NCBI GenBank assembly: GCA_963731645.1
Contig: CAVSWF010000001.1
Coordinates: 11,001-75,000, forward strand
Reading direction: 5' to 3'
DNA from: an uncultured Thermoleophilaceae bacterium
Lineage (GTDB): Bacteria > Actinomycetota > Thermoleophilia > Solirubrobacterales > Thermoleophilaceae
Length of the DNA: 64,000 nt
A model generated the notes under the pieces. It did not search any database, was not told the DNA's origin, and saw only the letters and a program-made list of their open reading frames with translations. A program made the position numbers and the translations under genes. Positions 55,304-64,000 of the stretch are shown here, piece by piece; within the stretch, counting starts at the first letter, position 1, and each line of letters starts with the position of its first letter.

Positions 55304-55376
55304 CGACCCTCGATCCTGGCACGCGCGGCCTTCTCCCGCCAGGTCTGGGCGGATTCGCTCAGAGGGAGAGCCACGC

Positions 55377-55406
55377 GAAGGATTCGGCATCCCTGCCGAA
55401 TCCTTC
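55377..55406 (-). terminator. Perfect 13-bp hairpin spanning the folC stop codon
   Basis: GAAGGATTCGGCA-TCCC-TGCCGAATCCTTC, with no U-tail. Confidence 0.4.
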
Positions 55407-56651
55407 AGAGCGACGACGCGCGCGATCCGCCCTGCTCGCGGACCAGGTCGGCGATCAGGTAGATGGAGCCCGTGGCCAGCACGGCGCCCGACTCGCCGGC
55501 GGCCTCCCGCGCCCGGGCCAGCGCGGCGCGCGGGTCCTTCACGACCTCGGTGGGCACGCTCCGGCGGCCCGCCACCAGGGCGCGTAGCCGCTCCGCGTCC
55601 AGTGCGCGCGGGTTGGCGCACTCGGTGAGGATCGCGCGCCCGCACAGGGGAAGCAGGGCGTCGAGGAGCCCGTCCGCGTCCTTGTCCTCGAGGACGCTGA
55701 GCACGAGCACGGGCGGCGGTCTCCCCGCGAGGACGCCGGGCAGCGCGGCGGCGAGCGCTCGGGCTCCCGCGGGATTGTGGGCGCCGTCGAGGAGGGTGAG
55801 CGGGCTCTCTCCCACGACCTCGAGGCGGCCGGGTACCGCCGTCTCGGCCGCGGCGCCGCGAACCGCGGCGGCATCCGGGTCGCGGCCGAGGAAGGCGGTC
55901 GACCGCCGCGCGCGCCAGCGCCAGGTTGCGCCGCTGGAACTCCCCCAGGGCGCGAAGCGGCACCCGGTCGTCGGGCTCGGCCGTGACCAGGGCGGCGCCC
56001 TGCTCTCGCGCGACGCGCTCGGCCACCGCCCGCGCGTCGGGGTGGAGGTCCTCGCCCACCACCAGCGTCGAGGCCCCGCGGACCACGGCGAGCTTCTCCT
56101 CGGCGATCTCGGCCACGGTGTCGCCGAGCCAGCGGGTGTGCTCGAGGTCCACGCCGGTGAGCACCACGACCCGCGAGCCCACCACGTTCGTCGCGTCGTA
56201 GCGCCCGCCCAGGCCGGCCTCGATCACCGCCGCCTCGACCCCTCCGTCGGCCAGCGCCAGGAAGGCCGCGGCGGTGAGCGCCTCGAACTGGGTCACGCGG
56301 TCGTCGTCGGGACGGGCGCGCTCGACCTCGCGCGCCGCGCCCGGCCGCCCGGGAGACCGCGGCGGCGAAGGCCTCCTCCGAGATCGGCCGCTCCCCCACC
56401 TCGACCCGCTCGCGAAAGGAGCGCAGGTGGGGCGAGGTGTAGCTGCCCGACCGCAGTCCGTGGCGCTCGAGGATCGCGGCCGCGAAGCGCACCGTGGAGG
56501 ACTTGCCGTTGGTGCCCACCACGTGGATTCGCTCGAGGCGCTCGGTGGGCCGCCCGAGCGATGCCAGAAGCTCGTTCACGCGTTCCAGCCCGAACCGCAT
56601 GCCGAACAGCTCGAGGCCGAGCAGGTACTCCTCGGCCTCGCGGAAGGTCAC
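55405..56651 (-). CDS. folC: Folylpolyglutamate synthase / dihydrofolate synthase, with at least 2 frame changes
   Basis: P-loop HVVGTNGKSST (55539..56651), EAGLGGRYDATNV and GVDLEHTRWLG (55184..56296), LDGAHNPAGA (55405..55815). Confidence 0.85.
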
Positions 56652-59249
56652 CTAGGCGTTCGTTCCGTCGAGCCGGCCGAGCGCGCCGCGGTACTCCTCG
56701 AGCTTCGCGCGCTCGCCGTCCACCACCTCGGCCGGCGCCCGCTCCACGAAGCGCTCGTTGGCGAGCTTCTTCTCGAGGCGCTCGATCTCCTCCTCCAGCT
56801 TCTCCCGCCGGGCCGCCGCCCGGCGCTCGGAGGCCTCCGGGTCGAAGTCGTCCGAGGGCAGGAGCTCCACCGCGCCGCCGGGCACGGGGACCTTCGCCAC
56901 GGCCTCGTCGGCGTCGTCGTCTCGCAGCTGCAGCCGGGCGAGTCGCGCCACCTGCTCGGCCATCTCCCCGTAGTCGCCGGCGCCCAGGCGCGCGGGCAGG
57001 ATGGCCGAGGGCTTGACGCCCGCCTCGTCGCGGGCGCGGCGGACCGCCGTCACGGCCTCCATCGCCCGGCTCACCGCCGCCTCGGCCGCGTCGTCGAAGC
57101 GCTCGGGGCTCGCGACCGGCCACGGCAGCCCGCGCCAGCAGCTCGCGCTCGCCCGGCAGGAACGACCACAGCTCCTCGGTCACGTGGGGCATGATCGGGT
57201 GCAGCAGGCGCAGCATCCGGTCGAGCGCGAACAGCAGCGTGGCCGAGACCGGCGTGCGGTCGGCGTCCTCGGCGTACAGCCGCGGCTTGGCGAGCTCGAG
57301 GTAGCGGTCGCACAGCTCCGACCAGAACACCTCGTACAGCTCGAGCGCGGCGGCCGAGAGCTCGAAGGAGTCCAGCAGCTCCGTGGCCCGCTGCGGTGAT
57401 GCGCTCGAGCCGGGAGACGATCCAGCGGTCCTCCACGGTCTCCGCGTGATCGGGCGAGGGCTCGACGCCCTCCTGCACGCCGAGCAGGATCAGGCGCGAG
57501 GCGTTCCAGAGCTTGTTGGCCAGGTCGAGCCCCTGCTCCACCCGCCCGGCGGAGTAGCGCACGTCCTGGGTCGAGGACATCGCGAGCAGGCCGAAGCGCA
57601 CGGCGTCGGCGCCGTGGGCCTCGATCTCGTCCAGCGGGTCGATGCCGGTCCCGAGCGACTTGGACATCCGGCGGCCGTCGGGGGCCTGGATCACCGAGTG
57701 GATCGGCACGTCGGTGAAGGGCAGCTCGCCCGTGAACTCCACGCCGAACATGACCATCCGCGCGACCCAGAGGAAGATGATGTCCCGCGCCGTCGAGAGC
57801 ACGTCCGTCGGGTAGAAGGCGCGCAGCTGGGGCGTCTGCTCGGGCCAGCCGAGCGTCGCGAACGGCCACAGCGCCGACGAGAACCACGTGTCGAGCACGT
57901 CGGGGTCCTGCTCCCAGCCGTCCCCCTCGGGGCCCTCGAGCCCCACGTGGATCTCGTCGCCGCGGTACCACACGGGCAGACGGTGGCCCCACCAGAGCTG
58001 GCGCGAGACGCACCAGGGGCGGATGTTCTCCAGCCAGTCGAGGTAGACCCCGGTCCACGGCTTCTCGGGGTGGAAGCGAAGCCGGCCGTCCTTGACCGCG
58101 GCGATGGCGGGCGCGGCGAGCTTCTCCATGTCGCAGAACCACTGGAGGGAGATGAGCGGCTCGATGCGCATGCCCGAGCGCTGGGAGTGGGGCACGTCGT
58201 GCGTGTAGGGATGCGTGCCCGAGACCAGGCCCTCCTCGCGCAGCGCGGCGACCACCTCGCGCTGGGCCTCCGCGGTGGGCAGGCCGGCGAAGCGCTCCCC
58301 GGCCGCCGCCGACATCCGCCCGTCCTCGCCGATCACCGAGACCACCTCGAGGCCGTGGCGGCTGCCGATCTCGAAGTCGTTCGGGTCGTGGCCGGGGGTG
58401 ACCTTGAGCGCGCCCGTGCCGAAGTCGGTGCGCACGTGCTCGTCGGCCACGATCGGCAGTCGCCGGCCCACGAGCGGCAGGATCGCGGTCTCGCCGATCA
58501 GCCGCGTGTAGCGCTCGTCGTCGGGGTTCACGGCGATCGCCGTGTCGGCCAGCATCGTCTCGGGGCGCACGGTGGCCACGGTCACCGACGCCCGAGCCCG
58601 ACGCGAGCGGGTAGTCGACCGAGTAGAGGGTGTCCTCCATCTGGCGCTGCTCGACCTCGAGGTCGGAGATCGCCGAGCGGGTGCCGGGGTCCCAGTTGAC
58701 CATGTAGTGGCCGCGGGTCACCAGGCCCTTCTCGTAGAGCGCCACGAACACGTGACGCGACGGCGCGCACGTAGGCCTCGTCCATCGTGAAGCGCTCGTC
58801 GGAGTAGTCGAGCGAGGCCCCGATGCGCTTGAACTGCTCGGTGATCGCCGAGCCGTGCTCGCTCGCGCCACTCCCACACCCGCTCGGCGAAGGCCTCGCG
58901 CCCGAGGTCCTCCTTGGTCTTGCCCTCGGCCGCGAGCGCCTGCTCGACCTTGACCTGGGTGCCGATGCCCGCGTGGTCGGTGCCGTAGATCCACTTCGCG
59001 CGCCTGCCCGCGCATCCGGGCGACGCGCACGAGCAGGTCCTGGATCGCCGCGTTGAGCGCGTGGCCCATGTGCAGGACGCCGGTCACGTTCGGCGGGGGC
59101 ACCGCGATCGAGAAGTTCTCCTCCGCGTCACCGGCCGGCTCGGCGCGGAAGATGCCGGCCTCCTCCCAGCGCGCGAACACCCGCTGCTCCACGTCCGCCG
59201 GCGAGTAGCGGGTGCGCTCGCGCAGGATCTCGAGGCGGTCGTCGCTCAT
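56652..59249 (-). CDS. valS: Valyl-tRNA synthetase, with at least 6 frame changes
   Basis: [16 protein letters not shown] (57180..59249). The core, including KMSKS as [14 protein letters not shown], is in track 57071..58585. The anticodon-binding part is in 56293..57330 and the C-terminal coiled coil in 56652..57074. Confidence 0.9.
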
Positions 59250-59292
59250 CGGCCTCAGTCTGCCAGCCGCGGTCTTGTCGCCCGGCGCCGGC

Positions 59293-59976
59293 TCAGGCCG
59301 CCAGCGACGCGCAGAACTCCGCGAACTTGCGGGTGTCGCGCAGCGGCGCGCCGTGCCCGAAGCACACCAGCGCCGGCTCCAGCTCGCCCAGCCGGCGCGA
59401 TCGACGCGCGGTTGCGTCGCCGGGTCGGGCGTGAAGAAGGTCTTGGGCTCGCGCAGGCCCGGGATCGCCGGTGAGCACGTCCATGTTGTTGAGCACGTCG
59501 CCGAGGATCAGCACGCGGTCGGACTCGCGCCAGAAGGAGACGTGGCCCTGCCGAGTGCCCGGGCGTGTCGAGCACCGTGAAGCCCGCCACCTCGTCGCCC
59601 TCGTGCAGGCGGCGGTCGACCGGGTGCCCCGGCCCGGCCATCGTCTTGAAGAACACCTTGTTGATCAGCTTGTCGGGCTGTCGCTCGCGGATCAGCTCCG
59701 GGCCGCTCGGCCTGCGTCGACGTCGCGCTCCGGCACCCAGAACGGCACGCCGCGCGTCTCGCACACGAGCTTGCTGGCGCCCTGGTGGTCGGGGTGGGCG
59801 TGGGTGAGCGCGTGGGCGGCTCAGCGTCGCGGCCCTCGAGCTGCTGAGGATCTTCTTGCCGTCGAAGCGCGCGCCGGCGTCCACGAGCACGTCGCCCATC
59901 AGGTAGGTGTTGATCGAGTTCGGGCAGCGGCAGGCGCGCCCTTGAGCTGGCAGACGCCGTCGGCGAGCTCCTTCAC
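59293..59976 (-). CDS. Metallo-beta-lactamase fold hydrolase, with at least 3 frame changes
   Basis: GTG at 59974-59976 (VKELADGVCQLKG). My translation of 59761-59820 gives ALTHAHPDHQGASKLVC (HxHxDH). VLDTPGHSAG (59255..59899). C-terminus in track 59293..59514. Confidence 0.75.
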
Positions 59977-60355
59977 GAGGGCACCGGGTCGGCCGCCAGC
60001 CGCTCGCGCCATCGCCTCGCGCGAGCGGCGATCAGGCCGGAGAGCGGGCGCACCATCACGACGAGCTGGGTGATCAGGCCGTCGCTCGTCGACCGTGAGG
60101 TGGTCGAGCCCCTCGACCTCGCGGTCGCCCACCCGCGCGCGGAAGATCAGCGCGTGGGTGCCCTCCCCCGCGAGCTCGTCGGTGTACTCGAAGTCCTCGA
60201 ACACCTGGATGACGGTGGAGAGCAGGTGCATGACGGCCTCGCGGCCCTCGTAGGGCTTGAACACCGCCGGGCAGCGGAAGACGACGTCGGGCGCCAGCGC
60301 GGCTCTCCATCCGGGCGAGGTCGCGGCTCTCGACGGCCGCGCGGAACTCGAGCAT
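59973..60355 (-). CDS. NTF2/SnoaL-like small protein, with 1-2 frame changes
   Basis: MLEFRAAVESRDLARMES (60074..60355), then FKPYEGREAVMHLLSTVIQVFEDFEYTDELAGEGTHALIFRARVGDREVEGLDHLTVDE (59899..60264). The stop TGA at 59973 overlaps the MBL start (GTGA). Confidence 0.6.
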
Positions 60356-60371
60356 GCCCGGAGTCTCGCAC

Positions 60372-62301
60372 TCAGCGGCGCGCGGCGGAACTCAGCAGGC
60401 GGTACGACGCCCTGATCGTCACCGTCCGCGTGAGCTGGTGAACGCCTGCGGCGCCAGCCGCGCCGCCGCGACCACCCGCGCGCCTGCGGCGCTTGCGCGC
60501 AGCAGCCGGCGCCCGCGCGCGTTCAGCTTCACCCGCAGGGTCGCTGCGCTTGCCCGAGGCGACCGTGAAGCGGCGCTGGCCGATCCGGATGCGGCGCGAT
60601 CGTGCCCTTGGCGGGCCCGACCCGCGGCGGAACCTCGCGCACGAGGCGCACCGTGCCGCGGCAGGCGGTGGCCTGCTTGCACGAGACCACCACGGGAGCC
60701 ACGCGGCCGCGGGTCGCGCGCGGGTGCGGCGCGAGATCACGAAGCCGCTTGGCCGCCGGCACCTGGCGCGCCGGGCAGCGCCTTGCCGGCGCCCTTGGTC
60801 GGGCAGCCCTGCGATGGCGCCGCGCTGGATGTCGGCCGGGCCCGAGGTGGTCGGCCAGGCGTTGCCGCCCTCGCCCGTGTAGACGGAGCACGTCCATGCC
60901 GCGCACGATGTCGCCGGTGAAGATGAAGCCGCGGTGGGGCTTGGCCGACCAGGTGTCGGCGCCGGCGGCGACGAACGAGCCGATCTGCTTCGGGTTGGCC
61001 GGGTCCGAGAAGTCGACGATGCGCGTGCCGCGCCCGTACCAGGCGATCTCATGCGGTTCTGGTCGAGCGCCTGCCAGAACACGTGGCTGGTGCAGCCGGC
61101 CTCGGCCGCGACCTGGCCGGGCTCGTTGGGCTGGAGGTCGATGTTGAAGATGCCCGCCTTGTCGGTGCCGCCGCCGCGGCACGAGGCCCGTCGCCTTGTC
61201 GAGCCCGTAGAAGTGCACCGCGCCGACGCCCGGCGGATCCGGCCTGGCCGGGCCGAGCGGCGAGGCCCCGGTGGCGTCGCCGGGCTGCCGCCGCACGCGC
61301 CGACCCCGGAGCCGCCGCCGTACTCGTCGGTCACGATCAGCAGGCTTGCGGTCGTGGTTGGGCTCGGCTCCGTGGGAGATGCCGACCTGCGGGATCGACG
61401 ATCGTCTGCAGCACCCGCGGCTTGGCGGGGTCGTCGATGTCGACGATGTCGCTCTTCTGGATCGACGCCGCGTAGAGCAGGTTCTTGCCGTCGGGGCGGT
61501 GGTCGGGAATCGAGTCGTGCGGGCCCGAGGTGCCGTTGGCCGGGAAGTCGATGCGGCCGATCCGCCGGGTTGCCGGGCTGGCGTCGGGCGCGGCGGGTGG
61601 CGCGAGGCTGAAGACCTCGGTCTGCGGATAGGTCTGCGTGTACTGGTCGATGTAGAGGTTCGGGCCAGTCGAGCGTGACGTTGTGCGCGCCGTCGACGCA
61701 CCTCGCCCGAGCCGTCGGTCTTCCGTCGCTGATGAAGGCGACCTCGCGCGGGTGCGATCTTGTTCGAGATGTCGATGATCTGCGACGCCCTCCTCGCCGG
61801 GGTGGCAGGCCTTGTTGGTCGAGGCGCTCTCGTGCGCCATCGACCGCGATGTCGCGCGTCGGGCGAGAGCTGCACGTCGAACTGGCCGCCCGAGCACTTG
61901 AGCACGCCCTGCACGAACGGCTTGCACTTCGCGGGCTGCTCGGGTCGTCGCAGGAGGCGATGTTCACGATCACCAGGCCCTGCGACGTAGGAGCCGACGT
62001 AGGCGTAGTCGCCCGCCAGCTCGATGTCGGCCGCGTTGGTGGCGAAGTCCTCGTCGTTGGCGCCGCCCGGCACCTTGGCGTCGGGCGAGAGCGGCACGTT
62101 GGCCACGATCTCCATGTTCTCGCCGGTGCCGGAGACCGGCGGGTCGGCGGCCACGGCGGTCCGGAACACGGAGCCCTTGCTGCCCTCCATGAGGGCCGTC
62201 GCCGCCTTGCTGCCCTGCGGGTGGCCGGCCCCGGCGGGCACGGCGAAGACCGCGAGCGCCATCGCGGACAGCACGAATGCGAGAAGACCCCCTGCCTTCA
62301 T
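60372..62301 (-). CDS. Secreted LVIVD-repeat (beta-propeller type) protein, with at least 8 frame changes
   Basis: ATG at 62299-62301 with the signal peptide [39 protein letters not shown] then [12 protein letters not shown] (60372..61973). [24 protein letters not shown] and [14 protein letters not shown] (60529..63624). Basic C-terminal module [14 protein letters not shown] (60419..60682). Confidence 0.6.
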
Positions 62302-62344
62302 GGGGATCAGGCTACCCCTTTCGGGCCCGCGGATAACGCAGGGC

Positions 62345-63624
62345 TCAGGCCGACTCGGCGGCCTGCTGTCCTCGGGCTCGTCCTTGGCCGCCTCGGTGAC
62401 CAGCGTGGGGTTCAGGCCGTTGGTGATCGTCTCCCTGGTCACCACGCACTTCTTCACGTCGCGGCGCGAGGGCAGCTCGAACTGCACGTCGAGCAGGGTC
62501 TCCTCGATGATCGAGCGCAGGCCGCGGGCGCCGGTCTCGCGCTCGAGCGCCTTGTCGGCCACGGCCGACAGCGACTCCTCGGCGAACACCAGGTCGATCC
62601 CGTCGAACGAGAAGAAGCGCTCGAACTGCTTCACGAGCGCGTTGCGCGGCTCGGTGAGGATGGTCACCAGGTCGTCGCGCTCGAGCTGGTGGATGATCGA
62701 CAGCACCGGCAGCCGGCCGATGAACTCGGGGATCAGCCCGTACTCCACGAGATCTTCCGGCAGCACCTTCTCGAACAGCTCGCCGGCGTCCTTGTCGTGC
62801 TTGGAGCTGACGTCGGCGCCGAAGCCCACGCCCTTGTGCCCGATGCGCCGCTCGATGACCTTGTCGAGGCCGGCGAACGCGCCGCCGCAGATGAAGAGCA
62901 CGTTGGTGGTGTCGATCGTGAGGAACTCCTGGTGGGGGTGCTTGCGCCCTCCCTGGGGCGGCACCGAGGCCACCGTGCCCTCGAGGATCTTCAGGAGCGC
63001 CTGCTGGACGCCCTCGCCCGACACGTCGCGCGTGATCGACGGGTTGTCGGCCTTGCGCGCGATCTTGTCGACCTCGTCGATGTAGATGATCCCCGTCTCG
63101 GCCTTCTTCACGTCGAAGTCCGCGGCCTGGATGAGCTTGAGGAGGATGTTCTCCACGTCCTCGCCCACGTAGCCGGCCTCGGTGAGCGCGGTGGCGTCCG
63201 CGATCGCGAACGGCACGTTGAGGATCTTCGCGAGGGTCTGCGCCAGCAGCGTCTTGCCGCAGCCCGTGGGGCCGAGCAGCAGGATGTTGGACTTCTGCAG
63301 CTCGAGGTCCTGCTCGCCCTCGGACTGCATCATCTGCACGCGCTTGTAGTGGTTGTAGACCGCAACGGAAAGAGCCCGCTTGGCGGGCTCCTGTCCGACG
63401 ACGTACTCCTGGAGAACCGACCAGATCTCCTTCGGCTTCGGGAGGTTCTCGAGGTCGAAGGTGGAGGTGCCGGTCAGCTCCTCGTCGATGATCTCGTTGC
63501 AGAGATCGATGCACTCGTCGCAGATGTAGACGCCCGGCCCGGCGATGAGCTTCTTGACCTGACGCTGGGACTTGCCGCAGAAGCTGCAGAGGAGCTGCTC
63601 GTTGGAGTCCGTTGGACGAGCCAT
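62345..63624 (-). CDS. clpX: ATP-dependent Clp protease ATP-binding subunit ClpX; one frame change in the last ~8 codons
   Basis: Zinc finger [30 protein letters not shown], Walker [17 protein letters not shown]. After a shift near 62368 it ends ...QAAESA at TGA 62345. Otherwise the frame runs into the next gene. Confidence 0.93.
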
Positions 63625-63630
63625 GACTTC

Positions 63631-64000
63631 TCAGACGGAGGTGATCACCCGGTCGATGAGGTTGTAGTCCTTCGCCTCCTCGGCGGTCATGAAGTAGTCG
63701 CGCTCGGTGTCGCGCGCCACCTTCTCGAGGTCCTGGCCGGTGTGCTTGGCGAGGATCTCGTCGAGGCGCTGGCGCATGTCGATGATCTCCTTGGCGTGGA
63801 TCTCGATGTCCGACGCCTGGCCCTGGAAGCTCGAGGAGACCTGGTGGATCAGGATCTTGGAGTTGGGCAGCGACATGCGCTTGCCCTCGGCGCCACCCGA
63901 GAGCAGCAGCGCGCCCATGGACATCGCGATGCCGACGCAGATGGTCTGCACGTCGGGCTTGATGTACTGCATCGTGTCGTAGATCGCGAGGCCCGCGTAG
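63631..64000 (-). CDS. clpP: ATP-dependent Clp protease proteolytic subunit, C-terminal part only (continues beyond the window)
   Basis: ...[36 protein letters not shown]...ILIHQ...[22 protein letters not shown]. Stop at 63631, 6 nt before the clpX start. Confidence 0.9.
   Translation of the reverse strand, partial: YAGLAIYDTMQYIKPDVQTICVGIAMSMGALLLSGGAEGKRMSLPNSKILIHQVSSSFQGQASDIEIHAKEIIDMRQRLDEILAKHTGQDLEKVARDTERDYFMTAEEAKDYNLIDRVITSV

Noticed and set aside
60529-63624. Apparent 1031-aa ClpX fusion protein
   Set aside because: The ClpX sequence ends naturally (...QAAESA, stop at 62345) after a 1-nt shift. The rest is the separate LVIVD-repeat gene, which has its own ATG and signal peptide at 62301, read partly out of frame. 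The fusion is an indel artefact.

Overview
This 64-kb window is two unrelated blocks joined end to end. The evidence is the ORF track plus my own reading of the sequence.

Block A (1 to about 5890) looks alphaproteobacterial and Rhizobiales-like, with moderate GC and A/T-rich intergenic tracts. It holds a frame-disrupted type III polyketide synthase, a DUF1194/vWA-like protein, an esterase plus ATP-grasp pair, an intact metA, and only the first ~30 codons of hisC. metA is preceded by a SAM-II (metA-element) riboswitch and an intrinsic terminator.

Between about 5885 and 5917 the sequence switches abruptly to block B, which is very GC-rich actinobacterial-type DNA. Its gene order resembles Mycobacterium clpX..valS-folC-ndk..rne-rplU-rpmA-obg-proB..proA..nadD-rsfS, with mreBCD-mrdA-rodA added. 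A Thermoleophilia/Rubrobacteria-like origin is only an inference.

Block B contents, in window order:
- nucleotide-sugar dehydrogenase, prmA-dnaJ-hrcA, a MaoC dehydratase pair, a sigma-70 factor, lepA
- a ferritin-like protein, DJ-1/PfpI, murJ, rpsT, aldehyde dehydrogenase, holA, a divergent TetR/MFS pair, comEC-comEA
- a decarboxylase / amidinotransferase / M20 carbamoyl-amidohydrolase operon, a LOG-like protein, leuS
- two alpha/beta hydrolases, a coiled-coil protein, an HTH-TOBE regulator with modABC, GNAT, a DHFR-family protein, tRNA-Ala(GGC)
- a ~25-kb all-minus-strand housekeeping array: rsfS-nadD-proA-proB-obg, rpmA-rplU, a repeat lipoprotein, rne, rodA-mrdA-mreDCB, maf, ndk, a zinc-ribbon membrane protein, folC, valS, MBL hydrolase, an NTF2-like protein, an LVIVD-repeat secreted protein, clpX, clpP (partial)

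I saw no CRISPR array, rRNA, transposase, integrase or recognisable defence system.

More than half of the genes, including essential ones (leuS, valS, proA, proB, obg, dnaJ, folC, murJ), are split over 2-8 reading frames. Start/stop couplings between neighbouring genes are preserved, so I read this as indel error in the assembly rather than pseudogenisation. Coordinates of frame-disrupted genes are outer boundaries, and some ends are approximate.

I did not find a clear-cut new system. The observations most worth follow-up are:
- the chimeric junction
- the uneven frameshift load
- the three-gene candidate non-canonical arginine-to-putrescine module (25.1-28.7 kb)
- the riboswitch-plus-terminator leader of metA
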